Part shown: piece by piece, positions 41,274 through 50,343 of the stretch
Layout: each line of letters begins with the position of its first letter
Position numbering within the stretch: position 1 is the stretch's first letter
Source of the DNA: Gemmatimonadales bacterium
Lineage (GTDB): Bacteria > Gemmatimonadota > Gemmatimonadetes > Gemmatimonadales > GWC2-71-9
Assembly: GCA_965249575.1 (NCBI GenBank)
Contig: OZ252244.1
Location: 992,001 to 1,056,000, forward strand
Direction: 5' to 3'
DNA: 64,000 nt
Position numbers and translations under genes: made by a program
Notes under the pieces: generated by a model
Told to the model about the DNA's origin: nothing
The model's database searches: none
The model's input: the letters and a program-made list of their open reading frames with translations, nothing else

Positions 41274-43935
41274 ATGGCCGATCTGCTCGACCGTCTGAAG
41301 GCAGCCGTTGCCGACCGGTACCGGATTGAACGCGAGTTGGGTGCCGGGGGGATGGCCACGGTGTACCTCGCTGAAGACCTAAGACATCATCGCCAGGTCG
41401 CCATCAAGGTGTTACGCCCGGATTTGGCTGCGGCACTTGGCGGTGAGCGGTTCCTACGCGAGATCGAGATCGCCGCCCAGCTTGACCACCCGCACATCCT
41501 GCCTCTCCTCGATTCAGGCGAGGCCGACGAGTTTCTCTACTACGTCATGCCCTATGTGAAGGGGCAGTCACTGCGTGAGAAGCTGTCACTTGAAGGCGAA
41601 TTACCCGTGGCAGAAGCTGTACGGCTCCTCCGGGACGTGGTCGATGCCCTCGCACACGCCCACAGGCACGGGGTGGTCCATCGGGATATCAAACCCGACA
41701 ATGTGATGCTTTCGGATCGGCATGCCCGCGTGACGGACTTCGGGGTCGCCAAGGCAGTGAGTGAGGCGACGGGACGGCAGGCCCTAACGACGGCTGGCGT
41801 CGCGCTGGGAACTCCTGCCTACATGGCCCCGGAGCAAGCAGCCGCCGATCCGCACATCGACCACCGAGCCGACATCTACGCGGTAGGAGTGCTCGCCTAT
41901 GAGTTGCTTGCCGGTCGAACGCCGTTCGGTGGCGATTCCCCCCAGGCAATCCTCTCCGCCCACGTAACCCAAGCGCCGGAGCCGGTGACGACGCATCGGG
42001 AGGTTTCACCCATCCTCGCCGAGCTGGTGATGCGGTGCTTGAAGAAGAAGGCGGCAGATCGGTGGCAGAGCGCCGAGGAACTGCTGACACAACTGGAAGC
42101 GTTGGCGACGCCGAGTGGGGGGATGACGCCGACGCACACGCAACCTGTTACGGCAGCCACCCTCCAATCGTCCCGGGGCAAGCTGCTCGCCTACGGTGCG
42201 GTCGGAGTGATCGCGATCCTCGCCGGATGGGGGATCTTCGGCAGAAGCGGGGGGGGGGGGACGTCAGCACCGAGTCGGATTTGCCGATGCTTGCGGTCCT
42301 GCCGTTCAGAAACCTCGGAGCAGAGGAGGACCAGTACTTCGCCGATGGCATGACGGAGGAAATCAATGCCCGAGTTGGCGTGATTTCGGGACTGCGAGTG
42401 GTCAGCCGGATGAGCGCGCTGACGTATCAGAACACAGATCTCCCGCTTAGCCAAATCGCGGAGGAACTGGGCGTCGGGTACGTCGTGCAAGGCACGATCA
42501 GGACAGACCGCACCACGGAAGGCGTTGGGCAAGTGCGGGTCACGCCCGAGCTCACCCGCGCATCGGACGGAGTCCAACTGTGGGCCGATGTGTACACCGC
42601 GAGTTTGGTCCCCGGCGAACTGTTCCGCGTCCAAGGCGAGATCGCCGAGCGCGTCGCGGAAGGGCTGAACGTGACGCTCTCACCGGAGGAACAGCAGGCC
42701 ATCGAAGACCGACCGACCGAGAACGCCGCGGCCTACGACGCGTATCTGCGGGGGATGGATTATTTCAGGCTCGGAACTTTACAGGAGTGGGACGCGCAGC
42801 GCATCGCCTTGGAAAACTTTGAGAGCGCGGTCACCCTCGATCCCGACTTCGCGCTGGCGCACGTGATGCACGGCCTCGCTCACCTTCGTTTGGTGAACTT
42901 TGACCAGAGTAATCCACCCTATCTCAACCGCTCGGATCGCCTCGCGTTTGCGAAGGAAGCTCTGGATCACGCGCTACGGCTCGATCCTGACCTGCCAGAG
43001 ATCCATTTGGCTTTGAGCAGGTACCACCGGGCGTCACGCGACACGGCGCGCTCGGAGGACGAGTTGGCCGTCGTGCTGCAAGAGCGCCCCAATGACCCCG
43101 AGGCAATCCTGAGTATGGGGCTTATCCAAGCCATGAGGGGTGCACGGGACTCCGCGGGCGTCTTGTTCAAAAAAAAGCGGTTGACCTCGATCCCCGGTCG
43201 GTCGGGACTGTGAGCGAGATCGCCTGGACGTATCTCCTTTCTAGCAGGTTGCATGACGATGCGCAGCCCTATGTTGATCGCTGGATTGCCCTCGCTCCCG
43301 ATGTACCACTCCCCTACGTCCTGAGGGCTTGGATGCACGCGCTCACCGGAGATACGATTGCGGCGCATCAACTGTTGGAGTTGGGCGAGCAGCGGGTCGG
43401 CATGATCCCTCTGTTAGTGGCCCTTGCGCGCATGACACACACCCTCCCGCTGGTGCGCATCTTCCCGGACGAATACGGCGAGGCAATGAAAAGACGCTCA
43501 CAGGATGCTATGGGTGCCGACATCGGCGACTATCTCATGGCCAAGGTGACCCCGTACTATGCGAATCCCGACCTCGCCCGAGGCTACTACGACTCCATGG
43601 TTGTGTGGACTACCGCCAGGATTGAGGCCAATCAGTGTGCGGACGTTTGGAGGCTCGTGCGGGTCTGGGCGTTGGCCGGGAGCGGACAAAAAGACGTGGC
43701 GTTACGGGAAGCAGATGCGGCGCTGATGTCCGGGGTCCCTCAACCGTGGATGCAAATACTCTTGGCTGAGGCCTACGTCATGATGGATGAGTATGATGAC
43801 GCCGTTGGCTGGTTGGAAGCCGCCGAGTCACACCCCGTCCTTCTTGTAACGCCGTCCCTCCTCAGAATCGATCCCTATTGGGAGCCGTTGCGCGATCACC
43901 CACGGTTTCAGCAGTTAGTGGCGGGCGAGAACTGA
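41274..43935 (+). CDS. Ser/Thr kinase - TM - TolB-like/adenylate-cyclase-associated domain - TPR protein; frameshifts at G12 (42249-42260) and A8 (43169-43176)
   Basis: LGAGGMATVY, HRDIKPDN, DFGVAK; LAVLPFRNL..YFADGMTEE; AYDAYLRG; LRIDPYWEPLRDHPRFQ. Confidence 0.9.
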
Positions 43936-44088
43936 CAGCGTAGAGGTGACTCTCCCTGCGATGATGCGGTGGCTGGGCGACAGTCAGACGTTCAGGGGAA
44001 CAGGGGAGGTCCCTTTATTGCACTTGGTACCATCTGGCGGCGTGATGCGGTTCCTCGTTGAGCCCATACTGCGAAAGGTATCATAGCC

Positions 44089-44544
44089 GTGGCACTTCGC
44101 GATGAGTTTGTCACTACGTGGCAGAAGTTCATAGAGTGGGTCGTGGAAACGACTGCACGGCGTATGAATTCACCTACTATCACATGGCCTGGACTCGCAA
44201 ACCAAACCCGTAGGGTTGGTGCGCGGCTAACCGACGAAGAGGCGTTAGCCGCTGTGCGAGTCGCGACTGGGCCCTTCAGCATTTTAGACGAGGACGTTTT
44301 GCGCACTATGATGTCCGAGATGACCCACGCTAAGGACACGACCGGCGATGACTTCGAGTCGGCGAGTACGGTTATCGGCAGCCTAAAGGATGTCCTCCAG
44401 GATCTGCCAGGTTGGGTCAAGATTCTCCTCACTTTGCTGAAACAGTTGGTGGATTTGATCAAGGGTAGGCTGGAACGAACTGGGGGGGTCCCGGACTTTC
44501 CGGAGGAGCCTCCAAGGGAAGGGCCGTTCCGACCGGCTGAGTAG
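44089..44544 (+). CDS. Hypothetical helical protein
   Basis: 151-aa ORF filling the interval between repeat copies 4 and 5. Confidence 0.6.
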   Translation: MALRDEFVTTWQKFIEWVVETTARRMNSPTITWPGLANQTRRVGARLTDEEALAAVRVATGPFSILDEDVLRTMMSEMTHAKDTTGDDFESASTVIGSLKDVLQDLPGWVKILLTLLKQLVDLIKGRLERTGGVPDFPEEPPREGPFRPAE

Positions 44545-44593
44545 TCTGGCCCCTCCGTTCTGGGGAACAGAGCTGGCGACTTGGTGCCTAGCC

Positions 44594-45274
44594 CTATTGG
44601 TGGTGTCGGCGTTGTTCATTTGGTACCATCTGGCGGCGGTAAGCCGGTACCTGCGATGGTGATGAGGATTCTGCCGTCTTAGTAACGGAGACAGCGTTCG
44701 TCCCAGTTGTCCCAGTGTCCCACTCGACTAGAGCGTGAGATCGGTTCAGGACTACAATGTGCGATGGTTTATATGCAAAGAATCCGACGCCAACGGTGCC
44801 TTGATCGGGCAGTTCCTGCAAATAGATGGGCTTCCGGTTGTAGGAACAGCCAAACATTGCGAACACACCGTCATCTTCCGGCCCTGCGCGCTGAAGATCC
44901 AACGCTAGCTCCTCGCGCCCAACCCACCTCACATTCCGCGGTTCGCGACGGCGGACAATGCCCTTCGCGTGCTCCTCCGAGAAGCTCAGTAGATCCCTAT
45001 CGACCATCACTGGGCCTGGCACATCTGCAACGACTCCTGGACGGGGGGTCTCGTAGCCGAATGGTGGGTGACCCTCAAGGGGATAGTGCACTATTACCGT
45101 TACGATCTCCTCATCCAACACCTCGTCAAAGGAAACAGGTTTCACCGATCCGCGTTCCCTGACGGGGATCGTCCCCGGAACGGAGTCCCAGAAGTCCGGT
45201 AACGGTACACTCTGCATGAGAGCTTGCTTGTAACTCCAGCCCTCATTTGCCTCAGCGAGTTTACACCTGGTCAA
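44594..45274 (-). CDS. Hypothetical protein (start uncertain)
   Basis: Long ORF with globular composition; 3' end runs through repeat copy 5. Confidence 0.55.
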   Translation of the reverse strand: MTRCKLAEANEGWSYKQALMQSVPLPDFWDSVPGTIPVRERGSVKPVSFDEVLDEEIVTVIVHYPLEGHPPFGYETPRPGVVADVPGPVMVDRDLLSFSEEHAKGIVRRREPRNVRWVGREELALDLQRAGPEDDGVFAMFGCSYNRKPIYLQELPDQGTVGVGFFAYKPSHIVVLNRSHALVEWDTGTTGTNAVSVTKTAESSSPSQVPAYRRQMVPNEQRRHHQ

Positions 45275-45712
45275 ATGCTCTCTAAGAAGGGCCCCGCACC
45301 TCTCGTGTACGCTACTCCTAATTCGCTCGGGTACTCGAGGCGATTTCCCCAGCTGGCGGAAAGCTGGCGAGTGAATGCGTCAATCCTTCGACATTGGGGT
45401 GCTCCAGCTCATGCGGAGGTGCTGGAGCGCTGTGCCGAGGAGTTGGAGCAGGGGCTGCAGGAGTTCGAACTGGAGCCGCTGACGTTACAGGAGGCAGCAA
45501 AGGAGTCGGGATACTCGGCTGACCATCTGGGACGTCTGGTACGCCAGAGGAAGCTCCTCAACGTGGGTAAAGCAAACGCCCCGCGCATCCGACGGTGCGA
45601 CTTCCCACGAAAGCCTCCCCGTTTTGACAAATCGGAGACAGCTTCCCACTTTGGTGCCGCCAGCAAAGAGCAGATCGCACGGTCCATCGTAGCGAATGGA
45701 GATCTACGATGA
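45275..45712 (+). CDS. Excisionase/HTH-like DNA-binding protein
   Basis: LTLQEAAKESGYSADHLGRLVR...PRIRR; overlaps the integrase start (ATGA). Confidence 0.7.
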   Translation: MLSKKGPAPLVYATPNSLGYSRRFPQLAESWRVNASILRHWGAPAHAEVLERCAEELEQGLQEFELEPLTLQEAAKESGYSADHLGRLVRQRKLLNVGKANAPRIRRCDFPRKPPRFDKSETASHFGAASKEQIARSIVANGDLR

Positions 45713-46577
45713 CCACTGCCAAACGCTGGAGCTATTCGACGGGCGAGCGCGGGCGCAACCGGGTTAGAGTGTTCCAGGACGGTACGCGTCCACTCCTCGT
45801 AGAGTTCTACGAAGGAGGGCCCGGAAGCGCGTCTCACTCGGTCACCGAGACCGCAGGCGTGCAAAGCAACAGGCCGATGACGTCGCCTCTAGCCTGGGTC
45901 GGGGTGCTCGGCCGAATGATGGCGATCCGACGCTCGCAACGCTCTTTGACAATTACTTACGCGAGGTGACTCCGGCCAAGTCCGAGGGCAAGCAACGACA
46001 TGACCGAAGGGCTGCGGAAATGTTCATGCGGTTCTTCGGACCGCAGCGTCGAGCCCGCACCGTCAATCGCCGCGACTGGGATCGGTTCACACGACAGCGG
46101 CTGGAAGCCGTGATTGCCCCGCAAGGGGTCCGTCGAGATGGGGGCGTGGGACCCCGCCAGGTCGAGTATGACTTGAAGTTTCTCGTGGCCGTTCTCAACT
46201 GGGCAACCAGAGCCGCTGACGAGCGTGGAGAACCGTTGCTGTTTCGCAATCCTGTCGCTGGTCTCCCCCTCCCCAAGGAGGAGAGTCCGATGCGTCCTCT
46301 GCTGACACATGCGCAGTACGAGGGCCTGCAGGGGGCAGCGTCCGATTTGGATTGGCGCTTTGCGCTGGCGCTCACGCTGGCCCATGAGACAGGACATCGT
46401 ATCGGAGCCATCCGTCTGCTCCAGTGGTCAGACATCGATCTAGACGAGGCCACGGTGCGTTGGCGTGCCGAGAACGACAAGATTGGGTTCGAACACGTCA
46501 CCCCACTCACTGACATCGCTGGGGACGCCTTGAGGACGGTTCAGCAGCAAACAGTCGAGCCCCACCCGAACTCGTAA
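45709..46577 (+). pseudogene. Tyrosine integrase, frameshifted near 45820 and C-terminally truncated
   Basis: LKFLVAVLNWA, RNPVAG, ETGHRIGAIRLLQWSDIDL, NDKIG; lacks HxxR and catalytic Tyr. Confidence 0.88.
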
Positions 46578-46605
46578 GCTCAAGTGGGGCTTCCCCTTCC
46601 GTCGA

Positions 46606-46679
<74 letters not shown>

Positions 46680-46748
46680 GCACTTCAGCAGAACACAATG
46701 TAGAGCCCGGTCGCCCAGTCGCAAAGCGACCGAGCCGAGACACACGCT

Positions 46749-46964
46749 TTAATCCCACACCCGCCGGGTGCGACGAGTCGGATGCCACCCGTCGTCACCG
46801 TACTCGTCCTCGAATTCGTCATCGTCGCCGTCATCCTCGTCCTCGTCCTCATCCTCGTCCTCGTCATACTCTTCGTCTTCCTCGAAGTCGTCCTCGTTCT
46901 GGTCGTCGTCGGCGCCTCGACGCCTGGCCCTGACCGGCGAGATCGATCGCTCCCAGCGCGACAT
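46749..46964 (-). CDS. Small, highly acidic low-complexity protein
   Basis: GAGGAG RBS; D/E tract of about 40 residues between basic ends. Confidence 0.6.
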   Translation of the reverse strand: MSRWERSISPVRARRRGADDDQNEDDFEEDEEYDEDEDEDEDEDDGDDDEFEDEYGDDGWHPTRRTRRVWD

Positions 46965-46993
46965 GTCCCAGGTTCTCCTCGGTTCGTGTTTCG

Positions 46994-48880
46994 CTATGAT
47001 GGCGCGACCGCCCGCGCCGCCGCCCGCGCCGATTTCCGACGGTCTGAGGCGCTGAGCTCCCGCTTGCGGAGCCGGATGCCCGCCGGCGTCACCTCGATCA
47101 ACTCGTCGTCCTCTATGTACTCCAGCGCCAGCTCCAGTGTAATCTGTCGGGCCGGCTCAAGCCGAATCATTTCGTCGGTCGCCGTCGTCCGGATGTTGCT
47201 GAGCTTCTTCTCACGGGTCACGTTCACGTCGAGATCGCCCGGTCGCACGTGTTCGCCCACGATCATCCCACCGTAGACCGGGTCGTTGGGACTGACGAAC
47301 ATCGCCGCACGCTCCTGCAAGTTGAACAGCACATACGGCACCGCCATTCCGTTCCGGTCGGCCACGAGCACACCGCGCTTTCGTCCGGCCAGCGGCCCTG
47401 CCCAGGATCCGTACTCGAGAAAACGGTGGTGCAGCACCCCTTCGCCACGGGTGTCCGTGAGGAACTCCGATCGGTAGCCGAACAGACCACGTGCCGGCAC
47501 GCGAAATCGCATGCGCACTTCGCCCCGGTCGGTGTGCTTCATGTCGATCAGGTCCCCGCGCCTCGGGCCCAGGCCCTCGAGGACTGTCCCGACCATGGCG
47601 TCCGGCCCATCGATCAACAACTCCTCGTACGGCTCCAGCCGCTTCCCGTCAACCCCCTCACGGGTGATCACCCGCGGACGCCCCACTAGGAACTCGTAGC
47701 CCTCACGCCGCATGGTCTCCATCAGAATCGTGAGGTGCAGATCACCGCGGCCGCAAACATTCAGTACGTCCGGCTGATCGGTTTCCTCCACCCGCAAGGC
47801 GACGTTCCGCTGCAGCTCACGGAACAGACGATCCCGCACCTGCCGCGTCGTGACGAACCGTCCCGAGCGGCCGGCAAACGGGGAGTCGTTGACCTGGAAA
47901 TCAACCGAAATGGTCGGCTCTTCGACGGCGATGCCCGCGAGGCGCTCGAGGTGTCCGGGATCCGTGACCGATTTGCCGACCTCGATGCCCTCGAGACCCG
48001 CCAGCGCAATGATCTCCCCGGCACCCGCTTCCTTCACCTCCACGCGATCCAGTGCTTCGAATGTGTACAGCCGGGCGACGCGCGCACGCTCGGTGTCTTC
48101 CTCGGAGACGATCCCAGGCTCCCCCAGCGGGAGCAGGGCAACGGGTTGGCCCACGCGAACGGTTCCCCGCTCGATACGGCCAATGGCCAGCCGGCCCACG
48201 TAGGGCGAGAAATCCACCGTGGACACCAGCATCTGAAAGGGATGGTCCGCATCACCCCCGGGGACTGGGACATGATCGAGGATCGCGCCGAAGAGCGGGG
48301 TGAGGTCGCCCTGCTCCGCGTCCGCCTCGACCTCAGCCAACCGGCGCTCGGCGGCCGCGAGGGCGTGTTCCGCAATGCCGAGTCGGGCCGCGGCGTACAA
48401 AAACGGCGCATCCAGCTGGTCGTGCGACGCTTCGAGCTCCATGAATAGTTCGAGCACCTCGTCGTGCACCTCCGAGGCGCGCGCGTCGGAGCGATCGACT
48501 TTGTTGATCACTACGATCGGGGCGAGCCCCAGCTCCAATGCCTTTCTCGTCACGAAACGCGTTTGCGGCATTGGGCCTTCGGCTGCGTCCACCAGCAGCA
48601 GCACGCCGTCGACCATGCGGAGAATGCGCTCGACCTCGCCGCCGAAATCGGCGTGGCCGGGAGTGTCAACGATATTGATCTTGGTGGATCGCCATCGAAC
48701 AGAGGTATTCTTCGAGAGAATCGTGATCCCCCGCTCTCGCTCGAGGGGGTTCGAGTCCATCACGCGCTCTTCCACCTGCTGATTGGCCCTGAAAGCACCC
48801 GCCTGCCGGAGCATATGATCGACCAGGGTCGTCTTCCCGTGGTCCACATGCGCGATAATCGCGATGTTCCTGGTCGACAA
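46994..48880 (-). CDS. typA: Translational GTPase TypA/BipA
   Basis: [54 protein letters not shown]. Confidence 0.98.
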   Translation of the reverse strand: MSTRNIAIIAHVDHGKTTLVDHMLRQAGAFRANQQVEERVMDSNPLERERGITILSKNTSVRWRSTKINIVDTPGHADFGGEVERILRMVDGVLLLVDAAEGPMPQTRFVTRKALELGLAPIVVINKVDRSDARASEVHDEVLELFMELEASHDQLDAPFLYAAARLGIAEHALAAAERRLAEVEADAEQGDLTPLFGAILDHVPVPGGDADHPFQMLVSTVDFSPYVGRLAIGRIERGTVRVGQPVALLPLGEPGIVSEEDTERARVARLYTFEALDRVEVKEAGAGEIIALAGLEGIEVGKSVTDPGHLERLAGIAVEEPTISVDFQVNDSPFAGRSGRFVTTRQVRDRLFRELQRNVALRVEETDQPDVLNVCGRGDLHLTILMETMRREGYEFLVGRPRVITREGVDGKRLEPYEELLIDGPDAMVGTVLEGLGPRRGDLIDMKHTDRGEVRMRFRVPARGLFGYRSEFLTDTRGEGVLHHRFLEYGSWAGPLAGRKRGVLVADRNGMAVPYVLFNLQERAAMFVSPNDPVYGGMIVGEHVRPGDLDVNVTREKKLSNIRTTATDEMIRLEPARQITLELALEYIEDDELIEVTPAGIRLRKRELSASDRRKSARAAARAVAPS

Positions 48881-48993
48881 ACTACAAATCCTTATGTATC
48901 ACGTACTTGCGAAAGCGCCACTGGGACCCTTGCGGCAGTATATCTGGCTCCGTAGGAGAATGCAAGACAGCCCAGCACCATGCCAGCCAGCGT

Positions 48994-50331
48994 TCATCGA
49001 TCGGGCGAATTCGGTTTCTGAGTGCGTATGCGCACGGACTCGGCGTGACCGCTCAGCCCCTCCGATTCGGCCAGGGCCATGATGTCGGCGGCATCGGCCG
49101 CGAGACGTGCCTCGGTATACTCGATCACGCTCGTCCGCTTGACGAAATCGTACACGCCGAGTGGCGAGGAGAACCGTGCCGTGCCTCCCGTTGGCAGGAC
49201 GTGGCTCGGTCCGGCAATGTAATCGCCCACCGGCTCGGGCGTGGACTCGCCGACGAAGACGGCGCCAGCGTTTCGCACCTCCTCCGCCCAGCGGTCAGCG
49301 TCACGGACGAGCAGCTCGCAGTGTTCTGGTGCCCGGCGGTTTGCCACGTTCACGGCCGTCTCCAGATCGGGCACGACGATCGCCATGCCGTTACGGAACA
49401 GCGCTCCGCGCGCAACCGCAGCGCGCCGGCTCGTCGCGAGCCGTTGGACCAGCTCGGCTTCGACCCGCTCGACCAAACCTTCCGATGTCGTGACCAGCCA
49501 CGCATGAGCATCCTCATCGTGCTCGGCCTGCGCCAGGAGGTCGGCCGCCACGTGGGTTGGATTGGCCGTGTCGTCGGCGACAACCAACACTTCTGTCGGT
49601 CCGGCAATCATGTCGATGCCGACGGCACCCACGAGCTGGCGTTTTGCCTCGGACACCCACTTGTTGCCGGGACCCACGATCTTGTCCACCGGCGGAACCG
49701 TCGTCGTGCCGAAGGCGAGCGCGGCGATGCCCTGCGCACCGCCGATGCGGAATAGCCGGGTCACGTCCGCAACCGCGCATGCCGCGAGCACGACCTCCGA
49801 TACCCCGCCCGGCGGCGTAATGGCCACGATGTCCGATACACCCGCGACACGCGCGGGAATCGCGTTCATCAGCACGGTCGAGGGATAGGCCGCCTGCCCG
49901 CCGGGGATGTAGATGCCCACGCGCTCCAAGGGCAGGACGCGCATCCCCAGTCTGCTTCCGTCGGGCAAGAGATAGGCGAAGCCCGACTCGCGCTGCCGCT
50001 CGTGATACGCGCGGACACGCGCTTCCGCCCGCTCGAGTGCGCCGCTCAGTTCCGGTGCCAGCCCGGCACGAGCGGCTTCCCATTCCTCTCGCGGAACCTC
50101 CCATCGATCCGGTGGCAGGTCGGCACCGTCGAGCGTCCGCTGGTACTCGGCGACCGCGGCATCACCACGAGACCGGACCGCCTCCAAGATGTCGCGCACC
50201 GCGCCGCGCGTGGCCTCGTCCGGCAAGCGGGCCGAGCGCGTCAGGCAGTCCTCGAGCGCAGCGAACGGAGGAACTTGCACACGCGTCAGGACGGCGCTGG
50301 CGGGCCGGTCGGCATTGGCTAGCTTTGACAT
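48994..50331 (-). CDS. hisD: Histidinol dehydrogenase
   Basis: GIYIPGG.AAYPSTVLM, GGAQGIAALA, VDKIVGPGN, AGPTE, QAEHD, APEH, GPSHVLPT. Confidence 0.97.
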   Translation of the reverse strand: MSKLANADRPASAVLTRVQVPPFAALEDCLTRSARLPDEATRGAVRDILEAVRSRGDAAVAEYQRTLDGADLPPDRWEVPREEWEAARAGLAPELSGALERAEARVRAYHERQRESGFAYLLPDGSRLGMRVLPLERVGIYIPGGQAAYPSTVLMNAIPARVAGVSDIVAITPPGGVSEVVLAACAVADVTRLFRIGGAQGIAALAFGTTTVPPVDKIVGPGNKWVSEAKRQLVGAVGIDMIAGPTEVLVVADDTANPTHVAADLLAQAEHDEDAHAWLVTTSEGLVERVEAELVQRLATSRRAAVARGALFRNGMAIVVPDLETAVNVANRRAPEHCELLVRDADRWAEEVRNAGAVFVGESTPEPVGDYIAGPSHVLPTGGTARFSSPLGVYDFVKRTSVIEYTEARLAADAADIMALAESEGLSGHAESVRIRTQKPNSPDR

Positions 50332-50343
50332 ACCTGCCACTCT

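Larger units (their letters stand above)
38517..44651 (+). repeat. Five dispersed same-orientation copies of a ~30-bp site GGTACCATC-N3-CGGCGG-TAA-N3-GGTACC
   Basis: Copies start at 38517, 40287, 40427, 44026, 44622. Confidence 0.85.

Noticed and set aside
38517..44651. CRISPR array interpretation of the 30-bp repeats
   Set aside because: Spacing is 110 bp to 3.6 kb with whole genes between copies; no cas genes in the window
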